A stretch of DNA of 63,387 nucleotides, the filler included, from Octopus bimaculoides (Eukaryota), in the NCBI RefSeq assembly GCF_001194135.2. It is 9 parts of 9 records of this genome, joined end to end, with 100 filler letters (N's around TTAATTAATTAA, not from the genome) between each part and the next. Parts side by side here need not be neighbours in the genome. Positions count along the whole stretch, not along the records: positions 22,357 to 39,978 come from NC_068990.1; positions 40,079 to 42,735 come from NC_068999.1; positions 42,836 to 45,036 come from NC_069010.1; positions 45,137 to 46,860 come from NC_068986.1; positions 46,961 to 60,788 come from NC_068985.1; 4 more parts are not named here. One strand, 5' to 3'. Below, piece by piece: positions 39,060 through 52,698 of the stretch. Made by a program: the position numbers and the translations under genes. The first letter of the stretch is position 1; each line of letters starts with the position of its first letter. The notes beneath the pieces are model-generated. The model was given only the letters and a program-made list of their open reading frames with translations, was not told where the DNA came from and made no database searches.

Positions 39060-39735
39060 TGGCGTTGCTAATTATTCAGTTATTGTGTTTTATTGTTGTT
39101 GTTGTTGTTGTTGTTTATATTATTGCTTTGTTAGTGTTACTCTTCCTGCTGTTATTTACCCAGTTATTGTATCTGTTGTTATTGTTATTGCTTTTGTTTG
39201 CTTTGTTTTTTGTTGTTACTGGTGTAATTTTCGTTGTTTATCTTACTATTGTCTTGTTCTTTTTAATTATTCTAGATGTCGTTGCCTGTTATGTTACTGA
39301 TATTGCTGTTGTTCATGACGATGATGGTGATGACGATGATGATGATGACGATGATGATGATGATGATGATGATGACGATGGTGATGATGATGATGATGAT
39401 GATGACGACGACGACGACGACGATGATGATGATAGTGATGATGATGATAGTGATGATGATGATAGTGATGATGATGATGATGATGGTGGTGGTTGTGGTG
39501 GTGGTGGTGGTAATGATAATTATGTTGTTGCTGATTTGTTGTCATCGTCGTTGTTGTTGCTGCTGTTGCTGCTGCTGCTGCTGCTACTGCTGCCGCTGTG
39601 GTTATTTTCGTTCTTGATGATGGACGACGACGACGACAGCAACGGAGGCGATGACGATGACATCGATGATGATAATGTCGATGATGACGGAAATGGTGGT
39701 GGTGGTGGTGGTTTTGGTTGTGATGTGGTGTTGAT
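39060..39735. repeat. (GTT)/(GAT)/(GGT) trinucleotide low-complexity block
   Basis: Direct inspection; source of the poly-D ORF 39059..39889. Confidence 0.9.
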
Positions 39736-40126
39736 TGTTTATACCGAGTCTGCATTACATGCAATGGAGAAAGAAAAATCAGTAAAGTCTGTCCATTCAC
39801 CTGCGAATGAAACGATCGATCTAATGAGTGAGGGTGTGTTTTCGATTTTCGAAGAATTTTTTAAAAAAGAGAAGAAAAAAAATGAGTGATTTATTTTCAA
39901 TGAATTGGTTGAGAAATGGATCGAATTTGGTATGGGTGTTGAATGACCTGAAGGGTGGATGACATGCTACGAAAGGAANNNNNNNNNNNNNNNNNNNNNN
40001 NNNNNNNNNNNNNNNNNNNNNNTTAATTAATTAANNNNNNNNNNNNNNNNNNNNNNNNNNNNNNNNNNNNNNNNNNNNTGTGTGTGTGTGTGTGTGTGTC
40101 TGTGTATATCTGTATGTATATATACA

Positions 40127-40174
<48 letters not shown>

Positions 40175-40439
40175 TCCCCTCCCAGACATATAGACACTAC
40201 GTTCTCATGTCTATATTAAATATTATATCAATACATGTTTCCTTTTGTGAGTGCATGTTTTAAGTAATGTCTCCATACATTATTTGAACGATTGTAGAAT
40301 AGAGCTCCATGCAAACCGGTTTCCATTAATTCTCATTTTAACTCGGTATTCGAAGACTGAGATTTCGGATTTCACTGATTTCGCCATGTCTTCCAAAAGA
40401 CAACATATAGATTCACTCACACACACGCGCGCGGGAAAG

Positions 40440-40678
40440 TAAGTGTTGTCCTCGGTCTCGTACGGTTTCATGCTGTACAAGTGACAGCGATCCCAACATT
40501 CTCCACTGGACGGGAAGCCAATTCATCACAGGGTTACTTATTTCTAGCTAAGTGGACAGGGGGCAACATGAAATGATGTGTTCAGGACCACAACGCATCG
40601 ACTGGTTTGGAAATCGAACCCATGATCTTGCGACCGTGAAAGCAACACCCTAACCACTCGCTCACACGCCTTCATGCA
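40440..40678 (-). mobile_element. tRNA-derived SINE, another family
   Basis: Minus-strand head ggcgtgtgagcgagtggttagggtgtt...gggttcgatttcc with A- and B-box-like motifs. Confidence 0.65.
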
Positions 40679-42499
40679 TACTAGGGTCGATTTAATCGAC
40701 TGGCCCCTCCCCCAAAATTTCGGGTCTTGTGCCTAGAGTAGAAAAAGAATATAACACATCAATGACACATTACCAGGACAACCGAATCCCTTAAAAATTT
40801 TAGAGCTTCATCTTTATCATTAAGGGTTTCTTCTGGCAAAAATATGGATTTCTAATTCAGAACCAGAAGGTAGANNNNNNNNNNNNNNNNNNNNNNNNNN
40901 NNNNNNNNNNNNNNNNNNNNNNNNNNNNNNNNNNNNNNNNNNNNNNNNNNNNNNNNNNNNNNNNNNNNNNNNNNNNNNNNNNNNNNNNNNNNNNNNNNNN
41001 NNNNNNNNNNNNNNNNNNNNNNNNNNNNNNNNNNNNNNNNNNNNNNNNNNNNNNNNNNNNNNNNNNNNNNNNNNNNNNNNNNNNNNNNNNNNNNNNNNNN
41101 NNNNNNNNNNNNNNNNNNNNNNNNNNNNNNNNNNNNNNNNNNNNNNNNNNNNNNNNNNNNNNNNNNNNNNNNNNNNNNNNNNNNNNNNNNNNNNNNNNNN
41201 NATTTGCTGTTTTACCCTAACCCTATCACCGATAGAATTGTTTCAGAATCGTTTGTTTATGTAGTCGGCACTTAATGTATATCGGCTGAATGGACGTCAC
41301 TGATTGGTTGAAATTACAGAAATACGACAACTTTAACATGGAATAACTTAGTCTTCTTTAAAAAAAAAGAAATCCCTAAGAGAAAAAGATGTTTTATATG
41401 ACACATTCTACCAGTGTTCCAAGTTTCAAAGTGTTTCGTTAATGAAAAGTGTGGCCCCCGTTTTAAAAAAGATCCCATTGCTGTGCTGCTAGTAAAGTTA
41501 GGCAAATGGCAATGGTGCTTTCATATAACTAATATTTTACCGTTTTTTTAATATTTAATTACAGTTATGGTTCCTATTGGTAAACACTGTGTATTTTTAT
41601 TTGTTGCAACCTTGGTCAACCTCTACAATGTTGGAAAGTTCTTTTGTCGCACTCTGAACTTTAAATTTTTAATAACAATTCACTCACTATAAAACTCACA
41701 AGAGGCACATAACGAGACGCGTAACCTCTGCCACGATTCACATTCTGCAGAATGGTCATGCTGTTCTTCACAAAGACAATAATCAGCCACACTCCAAGAT
41801 AGAACGATAACTAGTTAGTTGTCTGCCTAGCCGGAGGTGGGCATCATTTAAGAGATGAAACAGTGCAAAGCTCACTGTGACCAGCGATGTATAACAGAGT
41901 TTGGTCGATACTGTGAGATTATGTATGTATATATGTGTGTGTGATTAAGCATTCCACACAGGCAGTCGCGAATATAACAGCTAATTGTGGGTATAAAGCA
42001 CCCTTTGAGATATACTGTCACATACATACACGTATATACACACACAGAAATACACGCATATACATACATACATATATATATACACACAAACATACATATA
42101 AACATATACGCAGATACATGTTTGTCTATGCACACACACACATATATGCAATGCATGTTTACATACATTAACTAGACGTATTTATACACACATACACATA
42201 TATATAAATACACTCACATTTATGTAAAAACACACAGATGTGTGGATCGAATGTTCGTATCCTGGAATTGGCTTTCTGTCTACATTTCAAAACAACAACC
42301 TCTCTCTGTTTCTCCCTCTCTCCTACACCCGTTACACACACACACACACACGTCCTGTTCGTTGACTCAATCAATGCAACCTTTTGTTTGATAACCTACT
42401 TCTCTCCCGCAAATATATCGATACATACCACTTTACAACGAAGGTTTAGCTTCAAATAAAAAAGGTGATTGTTTGTGGTTAAGATGGAACAGTCATTTT

Positions 42500-42544
<45 letters not shown>

Positions 42545-44281
42545 TTTTCATTAATCAATAAGTAATTATGTCCTTGTATTTTCTAATTAACATCCAATAC
42601 GTATCCTGTTAGTCGCTTTATTACAATTACCAATTGAGAAACCAACGGGTTTAAAGATCTTTGCGAATGCAGCGGACATGGTTCTGTGGAAAGAGACGCA
42701 GCTCGTTGTTGTGTGTGTTTGAAAGAGAAAGGAAGNNNNNNNNNNNNNNNNNNNNNNNNNNNNNNNNNNNNNNNNNNNNTTAATTAATTAANNNNNNNNN
42801 NNNNNNNNNNNNNNNNNNNNNNNNNNNNNNNNNNNCCCCTACAAAAACCCCAGTCCCAATCACACGATGACCTGGAAACTACTTTGAGAAGTTGTTACTT
42901 GAGGCAAGACAAACTAATTAAGCTGAGTCAGCCATCGGTTGATGACGATGAGGATGATGACGAACACGACCACGACGACAATGACAATGATGATGATGAT
43001 GACAGTGATCAGTGGGGTGATGGGGACGAAGCGAAGATGACGGATGTGTATTGGGGAGTGTTGTCGATAACGATGATCGCGGTGGCGACGTTGATGATGA
43101 CGATGATGGTGGTGGTGGTGATGGTTGTTGACGACGATGATGGTGATGATGATGATGATGACGATGATGATTATGTTGATGATTGATGGTAATAGTGGTG
43201 TCATGGCGGTGTGACGATGATGACGATGATGGTGGTGGTGATGGTTGTTGACGACGATGATGGTGATGATGATGATGATGATGATGTCAACCAATCTGAA
43301 GACATCAATAAATCAATCCTCTCCCCCACCCGTTCCACTACGACGACGACCACCACCGCCACCACCACCACCAATAACAACAACCAAAGAAGAAAGAAAA
43401 GAAAAGAAGAAAAAAACCGTTAAAATACAATAAAACAAAATAATTTATTTCAAAGCCAAAACAAGGGGGNNNNNNNNNNNNNNNNNNNNNNNNNNNNNNN
43501 NNNNNNNNNNNNNNNNNNNNNNNNNNNNNNNNNNNNNNNNNNNNNNNNNNNNNNNNNNNNNNNNNNNNNNNNNNNNNNNNNNNNNNNNNNNNNNNNNNNN
43601 NNNNNNNNNNNNNNNNNNNNNNNNNNNNNNNNNNNNNNNNNNNNNNNNNNNNNNNNNNNNNNNNNNNNNNNNNNNNNNNNNNNNNNNNNNNNNNNNNNNN
43701 NNNNNNNNNNNNNNNNNNNNNNNNNNNNNNNNNNNNNNNNNNNNNNNNNNNNNNNNNNNNNNNNNNNNNNNNNNNNNGTGGTGGTTGCTGTGGAGGTAAA
43801 CGGTGGTGATTTTCGTTTGAATGCGTAGAAGTTGTGGTGGTGGTGGTGGTGGTGGCGGCAGCGGAGGAGGCGGCGACAATGAAAGGACTTGAAGGGTCGG
43901 GGAATAATAGAAAGAAAAAAAAAGGGGGGGGGAAAGACAAGAAGGGAAGCCGATTAGGGGAGGGGTGTGAGAAAGACTTGTGAGAATAGATGAGGAGGAG
44001 GAGGAGGTTGGTTAGGGTAACAGGAAAAAAAAGAAGGAAAACACAGCGAAATAAAATTAAAAAAGCGGATAAGAAATGAAAGGGTAGCGAACAAAACACA
44101 CACATACATTCATAGTGACAGTCACACAAACACATACAGACAAGAGGACACACACACACACGCACACAAGTGACAGGCAGGCAGACGTGAATGGAGAGCA
44201 AACTGCAGAAGACAAAACGGGAGGGAAAAATAACGGGAAAATGCATGTGTGCGCGTATATATATACACACACACACATATA

Positions 44282-44313
<32 letters not shown>

Positions 44314-44574
44314 GGGAGGGAGAGAGAGAGAGAGAGAGAGCAGACCAAAACTTCGAAGTCACTGTCGAAACTATTATTCTTTGTTAAAGAATAAAGTAGT
44401 GCTAAAATGTACTGGATAATGATACATAAGTTCAATGTGAAATTGCTTTTTCTATTATAATTAAGCATAAAAAAAAACAAGCATGTGCGTGCGCGTGTGT
44501 GTGTGTTGACAAAATAAAGTACCCGTTAAATCCTGGGTCGATAGTAGAAAGGATTGTTGTTATTCTTCTTCTTC

Positions 44575-44612
<38 letters not shown>

Positions 44613-44613
44613 T

Positions 44614-44840
44614 GGGCGGTGAGCTGACAGAATCGTTAGCGCGCCGGACGAAATGCTTAGCGGCGGATATTCCGCCCGTCGGTTGCGTTCTGTGTTCAAA
44701 TTCCACCGAGGTCGGCTTTGCCCTTCATCCTTTCGGGGGGTCGATAAATTAAGCAACAGTGAGAAACACTGGGGTTCAATGTAATCGACTAGACCCCTCA
44801 CCCAGCCACCAAATTTCAGGCCCCGTGCCTTTAGCAGAAA
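44614..44840 (+). mobile_element. SINE family A
   Basis: Head and core homology. Confidence 0.8.
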
Positions 44841-44996
44841 CCATTATTATTAATATTATTATTATTATAGGTAATAGGTAATAGTAATTGATAATGGTTT
44901 AGCCCTAGGACAAAACTGATCGAGCAGGTATATATAACTGAAAGCAATCCATCCAGGACCACAACATCTTTTTATCACAACCTGAAAAAGCCTGTC

Positions 44997-45036
<40 letters not shown>

Positions 45037-45136
45037 NNNNNNNNNNNNNNNNNNNNNNNNNNNNNNNNNNNNNNNNNNNNTTAATTAATTAANNNNNNNN
45101 NNNNNNNNNNNNNNNNNNNNNNNNNNNNNNNNNNNN

Positions 45137-45169
<33 letters not shown>

Positions 45170-45562
45170 TCATAAATATACAGGGATTAGCATTGAGTTG
45201 CTTCTCCAACATACTGAAAATTTAGAAATAGCAGTCAAAGAACTACTGATTCTAAACTACAAATTTTTCTCTAAACGGATGGCGATATTTACTACTTGGC
45301 AAAATTGTTAATTATTAATTCTGTTACTAATTGACGATTCCCTGCCCTTATTCTTGTATATATATATATATGTATGTGTGTGTATGTTTGTGTGTTTGTG
45401 TGTATTTTACGTGTACGTGTGAGGAGCTTCTTTACATCTCTCCTGGTGTGTAAGTTACTCAATCATTCCCTAGCCATTCTCTTATTCTCTTTGACTCATT
45501 GATTCCACTTCATTCTTTTCTTTCTGTATCTTTCACCTCTTTCGATGCAATTTTCAGTCCTC

Positions 45563-45931
45563 TTAGTATGTATGTATGTATGCATGTATGTATGTATGTG
45601 TGTATGCATGTATGTATGTATGTATGTATGTGTGTATGTATGTATGTATGTGTGTATGTATGTATGTATGTATGTATGCATGTGTGTATGCGTGTGCGTA
45701 TGAATGTATGTACGTATGTATGTATGTATGTGTGTATGTATGTATGTATGTATGTATGCATATGTGTATGCGTGTGCGTATGAATGTATGTATATATGTG
45801 TGTGTGAGTATGTATGCGGGTATGGATGTACCCATGCACGTACTGATGTGTGTATCTGCATGTGCATGTGTGTATGTGGCAATACCATTACCTGACTCAC
45901 TTAGGTTCCCTCGCTCTTTGTTCCAGCCTCT

Positions 45932-46013
<82 letters not shown>

Positions 46014-46190
46014 GTACTCTATCTTTTCATTTCCCTTTCCTTCAGTGTCATTCATTTCTTTATTTTTCCACTTCACTTCAAATTTTTAAAAATGTATCTT
46101 CTTCTTCTTCTTCTTCTTCTTCTTCTTCTTCTTCTTCTTCTTCTTCTTCTTCTTCTTCTTCTTCTTCTTCTTCTTCTTCTTCTTCACTCT
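45563..46190. repeat. (TATG)n, (CT)n and (CTT)n microsatellites
   Basis: Direct inspection. Confidence 0.95.
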
Positions 46191-46809
46191 CCACTCTCCT
46201 ACACCCAATTCTCCACTTAATATTTTTCACTTCTCATTCTCTCAAACTTTACATTATGTTTTCCTTCATTCTCTTATCCATTATATTATTTTTGTTGACT
46301 CTCTATCTTATATATTCTTTTGTAACATCTTCTTCTTCATTCTTCCCTTCACCATCGTATTACCAATATCCAACTTTCACTTTCAATATAATTATATTCC
46401 GCCATTTTGTTATTCACCTTTATCTCCTCTTCCCACCATCTCCCCCTCCCATTTCCCCACTTCTCCCTGTTATTTCGCCAATATTTTACCTCTGCTAAAT
46501 AGATTTGTTTAACCTGTTCCGTTTCCAAGTGTGTACGTGTGTATGCGCATGTGCTATTTTTTTCTTTTGCTCTGTACGTAATTGCACATATACGTATATA
46601 TGTTTGTATGTATGGGCTTACACGTAGGCCCATTCATGCGGAAATATATATATATATATATATATAGTAATTTCTACCATTTGTTACAAGGAAAGATATA
46701 TGTACATAAGCATACATATATACATACATGCATACATACATACATACATACTTACATAGACATACACACACGCACACATACACAAACACAAATATATATA
46801 TGCATTAAA

Positions 46810-46860
<51 letters not shown>

Positions 46861-46967
46861 NNNNNNNNNNNNNNNNNNNNNNNNNNNNNNNNNNNNNNNN
46901 NNNNTTAATTAATTAANNNNNNNNNNNNNNNNNNNNNNNNNNNNNNNNNNNNNNNNNNNNTAATAAT

Positions 46968-47193
46968 AATACCACCCAATATCACCCAATCTGAAAAAAA
47001 CATCTGAAAACCTTAGAAATACCCTACACTCCAAAAGCATTGCAAAAGTTGGCATTACTTGGAACTGCACACATATCGCATTAAGTACTAACTGTCTGAG
47101 GTCCTTGTTGTGACTCGACAAACAGTACTAATGCCAGGTAGACACAATATCTTCAATCAACAACCTCATGATATTGTATACTGTGCGACATCT

Positions 47194-47224
<31 letters not shown>

Positions 47225-47250
47225 TGATGATGATAATAATGATAATAATT
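46968..47250 (+). mobile_element. 3' end of R4/Dong-type LINE with 3'UTR and (TAA)n tail
   Basis: PNLKK/HLKTLEIPYTPKALQKLALLGTAHISH*VLTV* resembles the R4 C-terminal LQK.ALLGTA.ILRKVL motif. Confidence 0.75.
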
Positions 47251-47289
47251 GTTTCTAATACAGGCACAAGGACAGAAATTTGAGGGACA

Positions 47290-47465
47290 GGTATTAGTTG
47301 ATCACATCAACTCTAGTATTTAACTGGTAGTTTATTCTGTTTTATTGATTCCAGAGAGATGAAAGACAAAGTTGACCTTAGTGAGATTTGAAACTCAAAA
47401 TGTAAAGAGCTAAAAATACATACTGCAAGACATTTTCTCTAAGACTACTAATTCTACCAATCTGC
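47290..47465 (-). mobile_element. SINE family A, diverged
   Basis: gatgaaagacaaagttgacc...atttgaaactca. Confidence 0.6.
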
Positions 47466-48015
47466 CCCCCCTCCCCCTGTCCACCTCCATTACCATTAAT
47501 AGTAATGATAATAACATGATCATCACATTCAATGTAACCTATATCATCATTGCCACTACCACCACCAGTCATCTACTAATCACAAACCAATGATTATTAC
47601 TTTAATTACTACCATTATGATCACTAACATTACATTTACTAATGAAATCACCTACAATCCACTACTTTATCACTACTAGGATAAACATTGAGGACAACAA
47701 CTAAAACAGCAATAACAACAATTTCAAGCACAAAACTACACTTTCAATTATCTCAATAGTAAACATGTAATAAAATAGTGCATATAACCACAAGTTGCAC
47801 CTACATAAAAGAAGGAAATACTCAAAATGTAGGACCACATGCATTAGGACTCCGCCGCAAAGCAATTAAATAGATCTAGAATGGCCCCTTTTGTTACTAC
47901 AGCAGTATGACTGTGAGGGAGCAAATAGTTGCTCAGTTGCTTGAGCAGCTAAAAATAGTAGCCAGATCACCCACAAACTATATCCCATTGCTTTAAGAAA
48001 GAAAGGGACATTTTT

Positions 48016-48177
48016 TACATTATTTACAATTGAGAGACATTTGTCCTAGTCTTCGTTGTTAACACATTTCGGCTGATATACCTTCCAGCCTTCATCAGGT
48101 GTCTTGGGGGAAATTTCGAACCAGGGTTCTCATTCCTAAGGTATTTTCCAATGTTGTTGTTGTTATTATTATTATTA

Positions 48178-48216
<39 letters not shown>

Positions 48217-48361
48217 CGGTCACTGCCTGGAATTGAACTTGGAATCTTGAGGTTAGTAGCCCATGCTCTTTACCACTACAGCATATGCCCAGACATATGG
48301 CATAGTGGTTAAGAGTGCGAGGTACTAACCCCAAGATTCGGAGTTTGATTCCAGGCAGTGA

Positions 48362-48411
<50 letters not shown>

Positions 48412-48583
48412 TTGAAAAATACCTTAGGAATAAGAACCCAGGTTCGAAATTTCCCCAAGACACCTGATGAAGGCTGGAGGGTATATCAGCTGAAATGTTG
48501 TGTTAACAACAAACAAGATGAGGACAAATGTCCGTCAAATGTAAATAATGTACATAATTCCTCATTTCTTAAATATAGAACTG
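48016..48583. mobile_element. Foldback element: two head-to-head tRNA-SINE-like units
   Basis: Left arm 48016-48287 is the reverse complement of right arm 48294-48552, roughly 90% by eye; each unit has an A-box (tggcatagtgg in the right arm), a B-box-like motif, a (TAA)n tract and a tail. Confidence 0.9.
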
Positions 48584-48999
48584 TAGAAAGGGACATATCA
48601 GATTATATAGTTTTAGACATAAACCTCAGTAGGTGAAATGGTCATATCTGGAATACTTTTGACCATATGTGTGCTCAATCAGAGTATACTGGGGATAGGT
48701 AACAATAACAACTACAACAGCTTCCTAAAAACACTAAAAATAGGATTGCCCCATCAACACTACCACTAGGCTCAAATTAAATACTTAGAAAAACAAAACA
48801 TTTTTTTAGTTGTTGGATTCAGAGGAATGGGTAGTACCCTTGGTCTTTCTGACCCTCCTTGACCAGAGAGACTGATGCCATTAATATTCCTCTTAAAACC
48901 CTTTTAGGTGAATACCCACAAGAGAAAATATATGCAGGGCATGAATTCTGGAGGGCTAATGTTGTCAGAAGGATTTATCTCAATATTTAGCACATAGAA

Positions 49000-49160
49000 G
49001 GCAGCAAGCTGACTGAATTGTTAGCACACCAAGCAAAATGCTTGGCAACATTTTGTCCATTTTTACATACTGAGTTCAAAATCTTCCAAGGTCAACTTTG
49101 ACTCTCATCCTTTCAGGGTCAATAAAATAAGTACCACTTGAGTACTAGGGTTGATGTAAT
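49000..49160 (+). mobile_element. SINE family A, diverged
   Basis: ctgagttcaaaatcttccaaggtcaactttgactctcatcctttcagggtcaataaaataagtacc. Confidence 0.65.
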
Positions 49161-49569
49161 GCATGTCCTGACACATCTTTCCCATCATCTCTCACTATCA
49201 CCTTCCTTATCTAACTCACACTACTTTCTTTCCCAACTGGAGTAGCCATGTATATACAGCGAGACACCTATTTCTGTCCCTCTATACCTTTAATCTCTCA
49301 ACTGGCAGAAAGCCATCACACCAACTAAATGTCTTAAGGCGGTACCTCCATATAGCTGCTGTGCAATGACTGAAACAAGTAAAAGAATAAAATAATAAAA
49401 TGCAAGAATTAAATTTTAAATCATGGAAAAGTTTGATCACAGCAAAAACAAAGCTTAGAAGATAACCATGCTTTAATGAGTCAATGATACAAACTATTTT
49501 GGGCAATAGGATCAAGGTAAAGTCACACGTGCATCATTAGTTATGCAACATACTAGTAATCAAAGTCCA

Positions 49570-50535
49570 GTAATGGCTGTGATGGAGGATCTATTAATAT
49601 TTTGGTTGGAAGATTGTAATCAGAAGTGAATTCCTGTTGACACCAATTACATTATGATCAAAGCTTTTAACCTTTTTACCTGACTGAAAGGAAGCAAATA
49701 TCAAGGAGGGACTGTGATATTTTATGCCAGTGAAGGTTGGTTAGAAAATTTTAAAACCAAATCATGAACGAAAAATGTAAATACAAGAATCTTCCAATGC
49801 AGATGAAAAAATGCAGTTTAATACCCTATTGAATTAAAGAAATTAATCAAAGGAAATAATTACAATACTCATCAAATGTTCAACAAAGATGGAACTGGTC
49901 TTTTCTGGAAAGGAATGCCATCTAGAATTTTTTTTGGTAGAAAGAGAAGCATTGCACTGCATTCTAGTTACAAAGCATCAAAAGACCACTTAAGCCTTTT
50001 ACTTGGATGCAATGCTATTGGCGGTTGAGGCAAGATTTAAATTAAGGTCAATACTTATTTATTAAATGATGAACATGGGAACTTAAAAAGGATGCAACAA
50101 ACGATTTCTTCCAGTCATTTGGTGAGCTAATATAATGTTATGGAACACTAAAGTCATTTAAAAAGTTGTTCATGTTGCATTTTGTCCAGTTTAAATTTAC
50201 TGCAAAAATTTAATTTAGTTTTCAATTTTTTGTTTTTATTTTTGATAGTGACCAACCTAACTCACTTAATAATATTTTATTGTACAAATGCGTAGGATTA
50301 TTTTAACTTCCAGCTACACAGTTGTTGTAGCCCAGGGTCAGGGAAGTATCAACTTCACACAAGGCCTTTTATAGTCAGAAGGCCTTCTCTTCGACAATTA
50401 AGCCAACAACTGCATAGGTTACAACTACTCTTCATAAATTTTGAAAGCTGCAGATTTGAGAAATGTTGTTGAAATATTTGTTTCATATTCAAAAGATTAA
50501 AAAGTGAAGATGATCTAACTGAAATTTAAAAAAAA
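49570..50535 (+). mobile_element. Decayed Tigger/pogo (CENP-B-like) transposase
   Basis: MEDLLIFWLEDCNQK, FYASEGWLENFK, QMFNKDGTGLFWKGMPSR and KASKDHLSLLLGCNA, with stops and frameshifts. Confidence 0.88.
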
Positions 50536-51045
50536 CAAAAGAAATGATATACCGGTTACATAATGTGCAGAGACTGTTTTACAATGCTACAGCCATCTGT
50601 GGAGTTGAAATAGATGCATACTAAGAATGTCGGTCATGTTAGACTAAGCTTTACTGAAGATATCTAATTTGATTAAAATATATCTGGAGTTGACTCTAAG
50701 CAGACCAAAGATGAGGTTCACTGGTCCCCTGATCACATAGTCTTTCTGTTTAGTTTCTAATTCTCTCATATCTTTCTTAGTAACAATTGTAAGTAATGTA
50801 TTATGAATGAATATTTGTCTTAATTACAAGTATAATTTCACTTGACTGCCAATTATTTTGGTATACCACGTGAGGTATGTTAGTCTACATTGCACTACCG
50901 TATAAGGGCAGTGAATTGCAGAGTCAGCAGAGTGTTGGATGCTGGATGAAATGCCTTTATGTTTTGGGTTCAGATCCTGCCATGGTTGACTTTGCAGCAT
51001 CTCATCCTTCTGGGTTCGTTGAAATAACTGATTTCATTTAAGTGA

Positions 51046-51077
<32 letters not shown>

Positions 51078-51498
51078 TGTTACGATCAGACAAATTATGA
51101 TGTAAGAAAGAGGGGTAAACTTCTGATCGCAACAACAAAGTGTTCAAACAGGGAAGTAAATGTTCATATATGGAGATTATGTCCAGTTTCAAGGTAGGTG
51201 GTGAACCGTCCGACCCATAAGCAGCTCCGTCTCTCATTCTGGTTCTATTCGCGCCAAGCTCCAGCTGTCTTCCCCACTCCCCTTTTTAACAGGAAGTACG
51301 AGATTACATGCCTTGATCGTTAACAGGATGGGAACGAGGTTACCTGTCTCGTCCTATGCTAACTTCCTGTATATATATTTGGTTATTCATACCAACGTTA
51401 TTTCATTTCTGCCAAACTGTCGTTGACAAATGTTTATCTCGCCACTTTCGGAAAATATAGGGTAAGTTCTCACCCTTCATTATCTTATAGGTATACAT

Positions 51499-51502
<4 letters not shown>
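51078..51502. mobile_element. Solo LTR, 425 bp
   Basis: TGTTA...TAACA termini with ATAT on both sides inside a (TA)n run. Confidence 0.75.
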
Positions 51503-51563
<61 letters not shown>

Positions 51564-51675
51564 CATAGATACAAACATATAAAGTCATAAATGACAGAAA
51601 TAATTTGATGAAATTTTATTTAATAAGAAAATTCAATATCACAACAAATTGCTTCATAACTTAAAAACATGTAAA

Positions 51676-51838
51676 TCATCATCATCATTTAATCTCCAGT
51701 TTCAATGCTTGCATGGTTTGGACTATTTGACTGAGGACTGGTGAACCAGATGGCTACACCAGGCTCTAATCTGATTTGGCAGAGTTTCTACAGCTGGATG
51801 CCCTTCCTAACGCCAACCACTCCGAGAGTGTAGTGTTA
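51676..51838 (-). mobile_element. RTE-type LINE/SINE 3' tail
   Basis: ggatgcccttcctaacgccaacc core and (CAT)n tail. Confidence 0.65.
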
Positions 51839-51988
51839 CATTTATGACTTTATTCATTCCGTATCGTTTTCTCATGTGTCTTTTAATCAATCTTTTATTC
51901 CATACCAAAATAAAAAAACACAATAAAAACTGCAACTCAACAATTAAACTACTTTCATAACGTGTGTGTTTATGCATATGCATGTATG

Positions 51989-52028
<40 letters not shown>

Positions 52029-52344
52029 TATGTATGTATATATATATATATATGTATGTATATATATATATATATATGTATGTATATTTACACATATATA
52101 ATACATACATATATTTCTGTGTGCTTGGGTGCATATCTGCTTTTGTGACGATGTGTAATATTGACAATGTATGTTTCATAGAATGATACATTATGGACCT
52201 TTTTTATGAGTACTTTCTGATTACTTGAATCCATATATTTTGTCTTAAATTTATATTTATTTGTGGGTGTGTGTGTGTGTGTGTATGTGTGTGTGTGTGC
52301 GTGTGTGTGTGTGTGTGTATCTATGTATATGTAAACATCAAACC

Positions 52345-52598
52345 GTGAGATTGAGATTCAAGATACAAACATGAATAACCATTGAGAGATATCTCTCCCA
52401 TATCCAGCCCAAATATTCTAACCTGGTTTATGTTGAAATTGCCCAGGTCTAGCATCTTATGCCTCTCTTACAATGTTATTCAAAAACTATACAGTCACAT
52501 CATCAAAATCTCAAAGCTATGAGATAGTGCATGATTAATTCAAAACATTTTGAATAAATATTAAACTTGACAGAATAATCCGAATGCTAAAGGGTTAA
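52345..52598. mobile_element. Partial piggyBac-like non-autonomous element end
   Basis: Ends ...gctaaaggg followed by TTAA (reverse complement TTAA-CCCTTTAG); the other end was not found. Confidence 0.4.
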
Positions 52599-52662
52599 AG
52601 TGCAATTTGAGTGTTGTTTGGAAGCTATTTCTAGCAGGTTTATTGACCATGTAAGGGCTTAC

Positions 52663-52698
52663 CTTGAAGCTCTCTAGGCTGAGCAGCTAATAGAAACT
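52663..52698 (-). other. Candidate 36-nt symmetric exon (xFLLAAQPRELQ)
   Basis: tttcatttatcacag|A and CAAG|gtaagc; only one open frame; overlaps repeat-like sequence. Confidence 0.25.

Noticed and set aside
39059-39889. 276-aa poly-Asp ORF with hydrophobic N-terminus
   Set aside because: Made of (GTT)n/(GAT)n/(GGT)n repeats; no splice or domain support
40280-40480. Siah/TRAF-like motif FEYRVKMRINGNRFAW in a minus ORF
   Set aside because: Only about 5 scattered identities; the ORF runs through a SINE edge and a CA repeat
48294-48365. Functional tRNA gene
   Set aside because: A/B boxes are present, but I could not build a convincing acceptor stem or poly-T terminator; it continues into a SINE-like body
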